A DNA stretch of 32,000 bases from Ktedonobacterales bacterium (GCA_030167145.1 CP126532.1:990001-1022000); one strand, 5' to 3'; counted from the first letter of the stretch, positions 23,184 to 31,723 are shown. Notes: generated by a model not told the origin, from the sequence alone. Numbers and translations: made by a program.

Positions 23184-25658
23184 TTATGAACCAGCCGCCG
23201 CGAGCAAGGCCAAACGGAACCCAATGTAGAGGTCGCTGCTCCGGGTAGGCCGCGCGCGCGAGGATGGCGAGGAGCCCCACGAGCCGACGCGCAGCACACG
23301 ATTTTCAGTAGAATTGTCCAGGTTCTCACGTCCATCTGTGCTAGAATATGGGTAAGGTTTGTAGAGCGAGCTATTCCACTCCCAGACGTTTCCGGCCAGG
23401 TCTTGCGCGCCGCAGGGGCTAGCACCGTTGGGGTAGCTGCCCACCGGCGTTGTGCCGTTCTTGCCGCTCTCGCGGGTGTTGGCGCGGGATTGGTCGAAGG
23501 TGTCGCCCCAGGGATAGAGACGGCTGGCGCGGCGCTGTGGATCCCAACGGGCCGCTTTTTCCCATTCGGCTTCGGTGGGCAGGCGCCAGGGCTGACCAGT
23601 GAGCTTGGCAAGCCAGGCGGCGTAGGCCACGGCGTCGTGCCAGGAGACATAGACCACCGGATGATCGAGTTTGCCCTGCTGGGTGGTCCAGTCATTCGGC
23701 GCGGCATGGCCAGAGCGGACAAAGCAGGCGTATTCGGCGACGGTGATGGGGTAGCGCGCGATCCAGTAGGCGGGTAGGGTGACGTCGTGCTGCGGTTGTT
23801 CGCTTGCCTGGGCCTGTGTATCCTGGCGCGGGTCGCTGCCCATGCGGAAGGGTCCGGCGGGCACCTGGCAGAGCGGGGCGATGAGGAATTGCGCGCCGGC
23901 GACGTTGTGGCCGGTGTAGCCAAGCTGCGCCAGGCGCGGGGCGACGGTGGGCGGGGGGAAGAGTTCCGCGCGGACCTGGGCGACGAGAGATGAGTCAGGT
24001 GGGGTGGTGCGTGCGGCGGCTTGCACGAGGTTCCATGCGCCGGCAAGGTCGCCGCTGGCAGCGGTGAGGCGTGCCAGGATGAGGTGCTCGGCGGTGGTGG
24101 CATCGGGGAGCGCGACAAGCTCACGCGCAAGCGACAGCGCCTCGGGGTTGGATTTGGCGGCGGTGGAACTGAGGAAGCCGCCACGTTGGAGGCAGGCCCA
24201 GGCTTCGGCGGGGAGGGAAAGGGTAGCGCAGAGGCGGGCGAGGGCGAGGTCTTGCGCAGGGGCAGGCGGGGTGGGCGCGCGGCTGGCAAGGGCGCGGGCG
24301 GCGGTGACAGCCTCATCCTGGCGGCCCGCGCGGCGCAGCAGGTCGGCGCGGGCGAGCTGGCGGTCGCGGTCGTCGGGGGCGAGGGAGAGTTCGGCGTCAA
24401 GGGTGGCGAGGGCGTCGGGCCACTGCTGGCGCTGGATCTGCTGTTCGAGTTGCGTGGCGAGGGCGACGAGAGTGGCGCTGCGCTCTAGGGCCAGCGCGGG
24501 GTCGTTGGGGGCAAGTTTGGTGGCGGAGTGGACAGCGCGGGTCGCTTCGCTGAGGTCGTTCGCGGTGCGGGCGGCACGGGCGAGGGTGAGATGGTCGGCG
24601 GCGGTGGCGTCAGAGCGGGCGGCGAGCTGGCGGGCGATGGCAAGCGCGTCGGCGTCGCGGCCCAGGTGGGTGAGCGCGTCGAGGCGGACGGCGAGCCAGG
24701 CGGGGTCGTCGCGGCGCAGAAAGAGGGCCTCGGCGGTGCGGCTGAGGACTTCGTTCCAGTCGTTCTGCGCTTGCAGGATGGGGACGTATTCGCGCAGGAT
24801 GTCGAGGCGGGTGGCGTCGTCGGCAAGTGCGTCGGCTTTCTTCAGCAGCGGCGCGGCGTCGGCGTAGCGTTTGAGTTGGGCGTAGATGCGGGCGAGGGCG
24901 CGCATGGTCGGCAGGTCCAGCGGGTCGAGCTTCAGGGCGGCTTCGAGCGCCTGGCAGGCATCCGAAGGGCGGCTGAGTTCGAGGAAGGCGCGACCGCGCA
25001 TGCGGTAGAGGTCCAGGGTGGCGGATTTGGGGGCCTCGGCGAGCAGGAGATCGGAGCGGTCGGCGACGGCGTGCCAGTCGTTGGCGTTGTAGGCGTCGGC
25101 GATGCGCTGCGGCAGTTGCGCGAGGCTGGCGGGGAGCGCGGCGGCGGGGATGGGCGCGGAGGCGAGGGTGGAGGCGGGCGAGTGGGCGTAGCCGCCGGTG
25201 GCGTTCGTGGCGGTGGCGTGGCGGGCGTAGTCGGCGTCACCGGCGCGGATGGCGGCGAGCAGGGCGGCAAAGGCGGCGGGATAATCGGTGGTGGCGTCGT
25301 AATATTGCAGCGTGGCCCAGAGCGGCTGGACGGTGCGGGGGTCACGGGCGGCGGCGACGAGACGGATCACGCCACGCATCTGGCCGTAAAGCACGCGGTT
25401 CTGGGCAGCGTTGACCTCCATCGCCACGGCGTCGGAGGCGAGGGAGTGGGGTGTTTCGACGAGGACCAGCCAGTCGCATTTGGCAAGACCTTCGTTGATG
25501 CGCTTGAGGAAGTCGCCTTCGCGGATGTCGTGCATGTCCACCCAGACGTAGGCCCCGGTGTTGCGGAGATCGTCGGCGAACGTCAGCGTGAAGGTGTCGT
25601 CTTTGCGGCTGTGGCTGACGAAGATGCGGGGCGTTTGGGTGGCGCTGGATGCTGACAT
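23184..25658 (-). CDS. DGR target protein: N-terminal TIR domain, central TPR array, C-terminal FGE-sulfatase/C-type-lectin-fold domain carrying the VR
   Basis: 824 aa. TIR_2-like N-terminus: RIFVSHSRKDD...AYVWVDMHDIREGDFLKRINEGLAKCDWLVLVETPHSLASDAVAMEVNAA, with the conserved Glu at residue 81. Residues about 190-560 are TPR-like. The C-terminus has FGE-fold blocks FRMGSDP, HPVVYVSWHDAVAYAAWL, RLPTEAEWEKAAR, GNVWEW and RVLRVGSW. Confidence 0.85.
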   Translation of the reverse strand: MSASSATQTPRIFVSHSRKDDTFTLTFADDLRNTGAYVWVDMHDIREGDFLKRINEGLAKCDWLVLVETPHSLASDAVAMEVNAAQNRVLYGQMRGVIRLVAAARDPRTVQPLWATLQYYDATTDYPAAFAALLAAIRAGDADYARHATATNATGGYAHSPASTLASAPIPAAALPASLAQLPQRIADAYNANDWHAVADRSDLLLAEAPKSATLDLYRMRGRAFLELSRPSDACQALEAALKLDPLDLPTMRALARIYAQLKRYADAAPLLKKADALADDATRLDILREYVPILQAQNDWNEVLSRTAEALFLRRDDPAWLAVRLDALTHLGRDADALAIARQLAARSDATAADHLTLARAARTANDLSEATRAVHSATKLAPNDPALALERSATLVALATQLEQQIQRQQWPDALATLDAELSLAPDDRDRQLARADLLRRAGRQDEAVTAARALASRAPTPPAPAQDLALARLCATLSLPAEAWACLQRGGFLSSTAAKSNPEALSLARELVALPDATTAEHLILARLTAASGDLAGAWNLVQAAARTTPPDSSLVAQVRAELFPPPTVAPRLAQLGYTGHNVAGAQFLIAPLCQVPAGPFRMGSDPRQDTQAQASEQPQHDVTLPAYWIARYPITVAEYACFVRSGHAAPNDWTTQQGKLDHPVVYVSWHDAVAYAAWLAKLTGQPWRLPTEAEWEKAARWDPQRRASRLYPWGDTFDQSRANTRESGKNGTTPVGSYPNGASPCGAQDLAGNVWEWNSSLYKPYPYSSTDGRENLDNSTENRVLRVGSWGSSPSSRARPTRSSDLYIGFRLALLAAAGS
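23194..23297 (-). repeat. DGR variable repeat (VR) at the 3' end of the target gene
   Basis: 104 nt encoding VLRVGSWGSSPSSRARPTRSSDLYIGFRLALLAA. Its flanks match the TR, and the differences are concentrated at TR AAC codons. VR and TR diverge immediately after GCTCGCGGCGG (the IMH-like boundary). Confidence 0.8.
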
Positions 25659-25664
25659 GGAACC

Positions 25665-26165
25665 TAACCCCCGGCCCCTTCCCTACGAGGGAAGGGGAGG
25701 CAGAGGGCGCACAGCGTGCGCTCCTAAGAATGCGTGGGCCAGCACGATGCAAGACGCGGGCAGACAGGAATGTCCGCCCCACAGAGTACAGCAGGCGGAT
25801 AGCCCAGCGATGCTGATACAGTTCAGATCGCAGTGGTAGTGTAGCATGCGCTGTAGAGCGGGGCAAGTGGGCGATAGGGGCAGTCTCGGCCATAAATGGC
25901 CGGAGCACAGGCAGTCGCTATTGCCAGCCTCGGCCATAAATGGTCGGCGCACAGGCGAAAGGCATGAATGCCGGGGCATCGCGTGCGCGCGGGGTGGGCG
26001 GGGTGGTGGTGGAATCGCGTGCGCACGATGGGCACGCGGGGGGCAAGATGGGTGATAAAGCGAATTCTCAGCCTGAAGGCCGCAGCTAATCCCGACCGCA
26101 CGTCACTCCTGGTGAGCGACACATGTGCCGTGCAAGCAAGGTTAGCCCCGGCATTCATGCTGGGA
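25665..26165. repeat. Non-coding cluster of palindromic elements upstream of the DGR target gene
   Basis: CCCCTTCCC-TACGA-GGGAAGGGG hairpin (about 25676-25698). GCAGACA hairpin (25757-25778). GGTAGTGTAGCATGCG (25835-25850, also found at 20889-20904). Two CTCGGCCATAAATGG(C/T)CGG palindromes (about 25884-25950). GCATGAATGCC at about 25962 and, inverted, at about 26150. Confidence 0.65.
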
Positions 26166-26318
26166 AGTTGCTATTATCGCGATGTCGCCTCGCGCGACGA
26201 TGGTCGAACGGAATGATGATGTCCCCATTTGACGCGCCAACCCGCCGCACGCCATAATGCCAGAAGCCCAGGCTTTAGTCATAAGGCTGTATTTCTGAAT
26301 CCGCCGGAAGCGAACCCA

Positions 26319-28358
26319 ATGGACGCCAATATTCTGCACGAACAACCGGAGACCACTATCACTGAGAGCCAGCCCTACGATGTGATCGTCGTGGGCGCGG
26401 GGCATGCGGGCTGCGAAGCCGCGCTGGCCAGCGCACGCATGGGCCGCCGCACGCTGCTGGTGACGATGAACCTCGATAGCGTCGCGCTGATGCCCTGCAA
26501 CCCCAGCATCGGCGGCCCAGCCAAAGGCCACCTCGTCCGCGAGATAGACGCGCTCGGCGGCGAGATGGGCCGCAACACCGACCGCACCTTCATCCAGATT
26601 CGCCTGCTCAACACCGGCAAAGGCCCCTCCGTCCAGGCGCTGCGCGCGCAGTGCGACAAACAGGCGTATCGGCTGAGCATGAAATACGCCCTCGAACGCC
26701 AGCCCGGCCTCGAACTCAAGCAAACCACCGTCGCCAAGCTGCTCTCCGAAACTGGCGCAGATGGCCGTCCGCGCATCACCGGCGTGACCACCACCAATGG
26801 CTGGACTTACCGCGCGGCCTGCGTGATCCTCACCACTGGCACGTTCATCAACGGGCGGCTGGTCGTCGGCGCGAAGACGCAGCCCGGTGGCCGCGCGGGC
26901 GAGGGGCCATCGCTGGGCATCTCGGACGCGCTGCGGCAGCTTGGCCTCACCGTGCGCCGCTTCAAGACGGGTACGCCGCCGCGCATAGACGCCCGCACCA
27001 TAGATTTCGCCCGCACCACACCGCAGCCCGGCAGCCCCACGCCACTCTACTTCTCAAGCGACCTGACTGCTCGCGAAGACCTGGACCTGCCGCCGGGCCG
27101 CCCCAGCCCGCTCTATCCGATTCCGCCCGAAGCGGAAACCACCTGGCGGCGGCAACTGCCCTGCTATCTCGTGCATACCAATGCTCGCACACACGGCATC
27201 ATCCGCGCCAACCTCGACCGCTCGCCGCTCTACACTGGCATCATCGAAGGCATCGGCCCGCGCTACTGCCCCTCCATCGAAGACAAAGTCGTGCGCTTTG
27301 CCGATAAAGAGCGGCATCAGATCTTCCTTGAGCCGGAGGGCTGGCGCACCGGTGAAGTGTATGTGCAGGGGATGAACACCAGCCTCCCCGAAGACGTGCA
27401 GCTTGCCATGCTGCGCAGCATCCCAGGGCTGGAGCGCGTGGAGATGACGCGCGTCGGCTATGCCGTCGAATACGACTACGTTCCGTCCGACCAGTTGCGC
27501 CTGACGCTCGAAACCAAGCCCGTCGCCAACCTCTACCTCGCCGGGCAGATCAATGGCACCTCCGGCTATGAGGAGGCCGCAGCGCAGGGCATCATCGCGG
27601 GGATCAACGCCGCGCTGCGCGCCCGCGACGAAGAGCCGTTCATCCTGCGCCGCGACGAAGCCTACATCGGCGTGCTGATAGATGACCTCGTCACCCAGCC
27701 GCCCAGCGAACCCTATCGCCTGCACACCTCGCGCGCCGAGCATCGTCTGCTGCTGCGCCACGACAACGCCGACCTGCGGCTCTCGCAGCATGCCCACCGC
27801 TTCGGCCTGATAGATGACGACCGCTACGAGCAGGTGCATGCTCGTGTGGCGCTGGCCGAGCGGGCTGAGAGCGCCCTGCGCACGACGATGCTCCCGCCGA
27901 GCAAGGCCGTGAACGCCCGCGCGCAGACGCTTGGCCTGACGCCGCTGGCCCAGCAGATGTCCGCCGAGGAAGTGTTGCGCCGCCATGACGTGAGCTATCA
28001 GCAGGTGTACGCCCTCGCCACCGGCGATGATGCGGAGACGAGCGCCACCGCCGCACCGCTGCCATCGCTGGATAGCGACACCGCCACTGAGGTCGAACTG
28101 CGGGTCAAGTACGCGGGCTATATCCGTAAGGAGCAGCAACATGTCGCCCGCGCCCGCCGCATGGAAGACCACCTGCTGCCCGCCGAACTCGATTACGCCA
28201 CCCTCACCGGCCTGCGCAATGAGGCCCGCCAGCAGCTTATCCGTGTTCAGCCGCGCACGCTGGGCCAGGCGTCGCGCATCCCCGGCGTCACCCCCGCCGA
28301 CATCTCGATCCTGCTGGTTCACATCGAACGCCTGCGCCGGACGCGCAAAGGCGCATGA
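26319..28358 (+). CDS. mnmG: tRNA uridine 5-carboxymethylaminomethyl modification enzyme MnmG (GidA)
   Basis: FAD-binding N-terminus [23 protein letters not shown], plus [32 protein letters not shown] and [17 protein letters not shown]. Start set at ATG 26319 (MDANILH); the track ORF begins at 26229. Confidence 0.9.
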   Translation: MDANILHEQPETTITESQPYDVIVVGAGHAGCEAALASARMGRRTLLVTMNLDSVALMPCNPSIGGPAKGHLVREIDALGGEMGRNTDRTFIQIRLLNTGKGPSVQALRAQCDKQAYRLSMKYALERQPGLELKQTTVAKLLSETGADGRPRITGVTTTNGWTYRAACVILTTGTFINGRLVVGAKTQPGGRAGEGPSLGISDALRQLGLTVRRFKTGTPPRIDARTIDFARTTPQPGSPTPLYFSSDLTAREDLDLPPGRPSPLYPIPPEAETTWRRQLPCYLVHTNARTHGIIRANLDRSPLYTGIIEGIGPRYCPSIEDKVVRFADKERHQIFLEPEGWRTGEVYVQGMNTSLPEDVQLAMLRSIPGLERVEMTRVGYAVEYDYVPSDQLRLTLETKPVANLYLAGQINGTSGYEEAAAQGIIAGINAALRARDEEPFILRRDEAYIGVLIDDLVTQPPSEPYRLHTSRAEHRLLLRHDNADLRLSQHAHRFGLIDDDRYEQVHARVALAERAESALRTTMLPPSKAVNARAQTLGLTPLAQQMSAEEVLRRHDVSYQQVYALATGDDAETSATAAPLPSLDSDTATEVELRVKYAGYIRKEQQHVARARRMEDHLLPAELDYATLTGLRNEARQQLIRVQPRTLGQASRIPGVTPADISILLVHIERLRRTRKGA

Positions 28359-28488
28359 ATCGCGAGAGGCAAGCGCATCCGCTCGCATGATATGCTGAAC
28401 CGTATGCAATGCTTCCCAGGTCCGGTACGGCCGAGGTGGGCGGCGCATTGGCGGCTTGCGGTAACCAGTTGGAGCTGGCGGGAGGCGC

Positions 28489-28517
28489 TTGACGCGGCTG
28501 GGCAGCCTGGTTATACT
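28489..28517 (+). promoter_or_regulatory. Sigma-70-type promoter for the downstream methyltransferase
   Basis: TTGACG (28489-28494), a 17-nt spacer, then TATACT (28512-28517). It lies about 45 nt upstream of the ATG at 28561. Confidence 0.5.
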
Positions 28518-28560
28518 ACGCCTGACGATGTTGCCTGCCTGCAATTCAGAGGAGACGTGG

Positions 28561-29427
28561 ATGACGACACCGCCCGACTTCGATCCGGTCGCGTACAAAG
28601 AAGCGACACGGCAGCAATGGGAGCGTGTTGCGGCAGCCTGGAACAGATGGAGCCCAACGCTGCAACGTTGGCTGGCACCGGTTACTGAGGCCATGCTGGA
28701 AATGGCGCGCATCGGCCCGGGCAGCCGCGTGCTCGATGTTGCCGGAGGGTCAGGGGAGCCCGCGCTCACCGCGGCGACGCGCATCGGTCCGACGGGATAT
28801 GTCCTGAGCACGGACCTCTCGGCGAACCTGGTCCGTCTGGCAGGAGAGAACGCGCAGGCACAAGGTCTGGATGCCGCGCGCTTTGAGGCGCGGGTCATGG
28901 ATGGCGAGCACCTGGACCTGCCGGATGCGTCGTTCGATGCGGTGCTTTCGCGGCTGGGACTGATCTACTTCCCAGACCGCAAGCGGGCGCTCGTAGAGAT
29001 TCGGCGCGTCCTCAACCCTGGTGGGCGGGTGGTCCTCGCCAGTTTCACGACGCCCCAAGCGAACCCGTTCTTCTCGATCCCCATTGCGATCATCCGCAGG
29101 CGCGCGCAGGTGGCATCTCCGCCACCAAGTGGCCCCGGTCCATTCAGCCTGGGCAACCAAGAGGTAATGGAGGCCGCGTTTCAGCAGGCTGGGTTCCGGG
29201 AGGTGCAGATGCGCGTTATTCAGGCGCCCCTCCGTCTGGCGGACACCGCCGAGTGCGTGCGTTTCGAACAAGAGTCCTACGGTGCGCTCCAGGAGTTGCT
29301 GGCCGGGGTCTCGGAAGCCGAGCGAGAGGCGACCTGGCAGGAGGTCCAACAAGCACTGATGCAGTTCGAAGACTCAGGTGGGTTTGAGTCGCCGTGCGAG
29401 CTGCTGGTCGGCGCGGCGGTATCGTAA
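28561..29427 (+). CDS. Class I SAM-dependent methyltransferase
   Basis: Start at ATG 28561 (MTTPPDFDP) with GGAG upstream. Motif I is RVLDVAGGSGEPAL; later blocks are FDAVLSRLGLIYFPD and LNPGGRVV. Confidence 0.75.
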   Translation: MTTPPDFDPVAYKEATRQQWERVAAAWNRWSPTLQRWLAPVTEAMLEMARIGPGSRVLDVAGGSGEPALTAATRIGPTGYVLSTDLSANLVRLAGENAQAQGLDAARFEARVMDGEHLDLPDASFDAVLSRLGLIYFPDRKRALVEIRRVLNPGGRVVLASFTTPQANPFFSIPIAIIRRRAQVASPPPSGPGPFSLGNQEVMEAAFQQAGFREVQMRVIQAPLRLADTAECVRFEQESYGALQELLAGVSEAEREATWQEVQQALMQFEDSGGFESPCELLVGAAVS

Positions 29428-29464
29428 ACAGACGGGCAGGCGATCTCGTCCCCTAAGTTGCAGG

Positions 29465-30568
29465 TTAATCGAAGCGGACGACCAGTTCATCTAGTGGGCG
29501 GTGGGGGCGGCGCTTGGGGTCGCGCGCCGCGTAGCCAACGGGTATCAGCGCGTGGGGGATGAGCATGGGATCGAGGTCGAGCGCGGCGCGCACGGTATCG
29601 CCACAGAAGAGCGGCGCGCACATCCAGCCTGTATCGAGGCCAATCGCATACGCGGCTAGCAGCATGTTCTGGATCGCCGCGCCCAGGCTCTGCACTGCCA
29701 TCGTCTCTTCGGCGCGCTGGCGGTCGGCGTCGGGATAGTGGTCCAGTCCTTCGAGGTAGAGGCAGGCGAGGATTAGCGCGGGCGCGGTACGGATGCGCTC
29801 GCGCGAGATGTCGAGCCGCTTCTGAATCACATCGGACGCTTGCCCATCCATCGCGAGCACGCGCCGCCACTCATCGCCCATCGCCTCGGCCAGCCGCTGC
29901 TTTGGCTCAGCACGTGTGAGCACCACGAAGCGCCAGGGCTGGCGTCCATGCGGCGAGGGCGCCCAGCGTGCCGCTTCGAGCATTGCTTCCAGCGCCTCGC
30001 GCGGCACGGGCCGATCCTGGAATGCCCGCACCGAGCGCCGACTGCGGGCCAGCGGCGCGAAATCCAGGCCGCGCCCTGGCTGTAGCCAGGCGTTACCCGC
30101 GTCCGTGCCTGTTGTATCTGCCGTCTCCGCCAGCGCCGGACCCCATGAGGTCACGCGCTCTGGCGTGAGCGCGATCACTGGGCGGCTTTCGAGGTCCATC
30201 GTTCGGTACTGCGGATAGCGGTCGCGCAGCAGCCGCAGCGCCGTGGCGTGGCCGTCACTTTCAGGGGGGAGCAGCCTCGCTGGGCCGCGCGCCAGCACAT
30301 AGCCCAGGCGCGACCAGTCATCATCGTACACATCTACGAGTAGCGATGCTTCGGGCCGCGCCTGGATGTTGCGGATGCGCTGGAGTCCTTGCCAGCCGCC
30401 GCGCTTGGGCTTTTCGTCTAGCGGTGTGTAGAAGCGCTGCCCATCGTAGGCGAAGCAGACTGGCACGGCGTGCGGCTGCCCCGCCGCGTCCGCCGTCGCC
30501 AACCGCGCCACGCGCTGCCGCTCCACGAAGGCGCGCTCGGCGGGTGTGAGGGTGTTCCGTTCAGGCAT
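29465..30568 (-). CDS. Fusion protein: PPOX-class (split-barrel, F420/FMN-type) domain + nitroreductase-fold domain resembling the FbiB C-terminal domain
   Basis: The N-terminus (ERAFVERQRVARLATADAAGQPHAVPVCFAYDG...LLVDVYDDDWSRLGYVLARG) resembles the PPOX-class probable F420-dependent family. The C-terminus (RRSVRAFQDRPVPREALEAMLEAARWAPSPHGRQPWRFVVL...YPDADRQRAEETMAVQSLGAAIQNMLLAA) parallels the M. tuberculosis FbiB C-terminal domain as I recall it. Start at ATG 30568 with AGGAGAG upstream; the track ORF extends through a tandem repeat. Confidence 0.7.
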   Translation of the reverse strand: MPERNTLTPAERAFVERQRVARLATADAAGQPHAVPVCFAYDGQRFYTPLDEKPKRGGWQGLQRIRNIQARPEASLLVDVYDDDWSRLGYVLARGPARLLPPESDGHATALRLLRDRYPQYRTMDLESRPVIALTPERVTSWGPALAETADTTGTDAGNAWLQPGRGLDFAPLARSRRSVRAFQDRPVPREALEAMLEAARWAPSPHGRQPWRFVVLTRAEPKQRLAEAMGDEWRRVLAMDGQASDVIQKRLDISRERIRTAPALILACLYLEGLDHYPDADRQRAEETMAVQSLGAAIQNMLLAAYAIGLDTGWMCAPLFCGDTVRAALDLDPMLIPHALIPVGYAARDPKRRPHRPLDELVVRFD

Positions 30569-30582
30569 GGCGCGCTCTCCTA

Positions 30583-30698
30583 GGCGGGCGTCCACCGGCC
30601 CACGGGCGTCCACCGGACCACGGGCGTCCACCGGACCACGGGCGTCCACCGGCCCACGGGCGTCCACCGGACCACGGGCGTCCACCGGACGCCCCTAC
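30583..30698 (+). repeat. Tandem 18-nt repeat x6 ending in a complete GGGCGTCC-ACC-GGACGCCCCTAC hairpin
   Basis: Units CACGGGCGTCCACCGG(A/C)C at 30583, 30601, 30619, 30637, 30655 and 30673, with terminal GCCCCTAC. The array fills nearly the whole 126-nt gap between two co-oriented F420 genes. The CTA at 30695-30697 is the stop codon (TAG) of the upstream gene. Confidence 0.85.
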
Positions 30699-31690
30699 GA
30701 TTGGGTTGGCTGCCAGCGCAGGTGCGGCAGCACGTCGCGGGCGTAGGCCTGGATGAATGCCTCCTGGTTGCGCCCGACATTATGGACGTAGACATCATCG
30801 AAACCCAGGTCAATGAAGTGCTGGATGTGCGCGGCATGCTCGCCCAGGTCCGCCGACATGAAGACGCGCCCCTCGAAGTGCTCCGGGCGCACGAGCTTCG
30901 CCATTGCCGCGAAGTCGTCCGTGCTGCGGATGTCGCCTTTGGGGAAAGCCATGCCGCCGTTGGGCCACTCGCGCACGGCCTGCTCCACCGCTGCCTCGCG
31001 GCTCTCGGCCCATGAGACGTGCAACTGGATGATGCGGCGCATCGCGCTGAGGTCGCGCCCCGCCTCACGCGCGCCCTTCTCGAAGCGGCCCAGCAGTGTG
31101 CGGATCTTCTCATCCGGCGCGCCTACGGTGATGATACCTTCGGCGATGCGCCCGGTGCGCTCGCTGTTCACTGGTCCCGACGTGGCGATGTAGATCGGCG
31201 GCGGGGTGTCGGGCAGGGTGTAGAGCCGGGCGCTCTCGACATCGAAGAACGCGCTGTGCTGCTTGACGACTTTGCCGGTAAAGAGCTTGTGGATCACCTC
31301 AACGGCGTCTTCCAGCAATTGCAGCCGCTGTGGCGCTTCGGGCCAGTAGCGCCCGACGATGTGCTCGTTGAGCGCCTCGCCCGCGCCGATGCCCAGGTAG
31401 AAGCGTCCGGGGAACATCGCTGCCAGCGTCGCCGACGCCTGCGCCAGGATCGCCGGATGATAGCGATAGCCGGGGGCCGTCACGCCAGGGCCGAAGCGCA
31501 CACGGCTGGTCTGCGCGCCGAGCGCGCCCATCCACGCCCAGACGAATGCCGATTGGCCTTGCTGGGGTGTCCAGGGGTGGAAGTGGTCGGAGGCCATGAT
31601 GCCACCGAAGCCCGCGTCCTCTGCCTGTCGCGACCACCGCAAAAGGTCGGTGGGGTGGAATTGCTCAAACATTGCCGCATAACCGAGCAT
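30695..31690 (-). CDS. LLM-class F420-dependent oxidoreductase, glucose-6-phosphate dehydrogenase (FGD) family
   Basis: 331 aa. MLGYAAMFEQFHP...ASDHFHPW...GIGAGEALNEHIVG parallels mycobacterial Fgd (KLGYKASAEQF...SDHFQPW...GVGTGEALNE). Substrate is not assignable from sequence alone. Confidence 0.75.
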   Translation of the reverse strand: MLGYAAMFEQFHPTDLLRWSRQAEDAGFGGIMASDHFHPWTPQQGQSAFVWAWMGALGAQTSRVRFGPGVTAPGYRYHPAILAQASATLAAMFPGRFYLGIGAGEALNEHIVGRYWPEAPQRLQLLEDAVEVIHKLFTGKVVKQHSAFFDVESARLYTLPDTPPPIYIATSGPVNSERTGRIAEGIITVGAPDEKIRTLLGRFEKGAREAGRDLSAMRRIIQLHVSWAESREAAVEQAVREWPNGGMAFPKGDIRSTDDFAAMAKLVRPEHFEGRVFMSADLGEHAAHIQHFIDLGFDDVYVHNVGRNQEAFIQAYARDVLPHLRWQPTQS

Positions 31691-31723
31691 CGTGTTGCCT
31701 GTCCTTCCTGTTGCGCGCGTCGC

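Larger units (their letters stand above)
21358..25658 (-). mobile_element. Diversity-generating retroelement cassette (target/VR - RT - Avd - TR)
   Basis: All four canonical DGR components are co-oriented within 4.3 kb. See the component features. Confidence 0.85.

Noticed and set aside
23048-24400. N-terminal 450 aa of the 835-aa track ORF (21893-24400, minus strand)
   Set aside because: This part is Pro/Ala/Ser/Arg-rich junk that overlaps the TIR-TPR-FGE gene in another frame. RT homology and a strong GAGGAGG RBS begin only at ATG 23047.
24528-25655. 375-aa plus-strand ORF (and 23947-24867, 306 aa) antisense to the DGR target gene
   Set aside because: These are Gly/Ala/Arg/Val-rich high-GC shadow ORFs with no motifs. 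The opposite strand carries clear TIR, TPR and FGE homology.
27054-28898. 614-aa minus-strand ORF antisense to mnmG and the methyltransferase
   Set aside because: It has low-complexity Ala/Arg/Gly composition and spans two well-supported plus-strand genes plus their intergenic promoter.
30569-30685. N-terminal (VDARGP)x6 extension of the PPOX::nitroreductase ORF starting at GTG 30685
   Set aside because: The extension is the in-frame translation of the 18-nt tandem DNA repeat. A strong AGGAGAG RBS precedes ATG 30568, where domain homology begins. It is kept only as a formal possibility in the findings.
30583-30698. CRISPR array (also considered for 17617-17671 and the 20.3-20.8 kb repeats)
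   Set aside because: The repeats are contiguous 18-nt units with no spacers, or irregularly spaced 21-mers. There are no cas genes, and the repeat length and spacing do not fit CRISPR.
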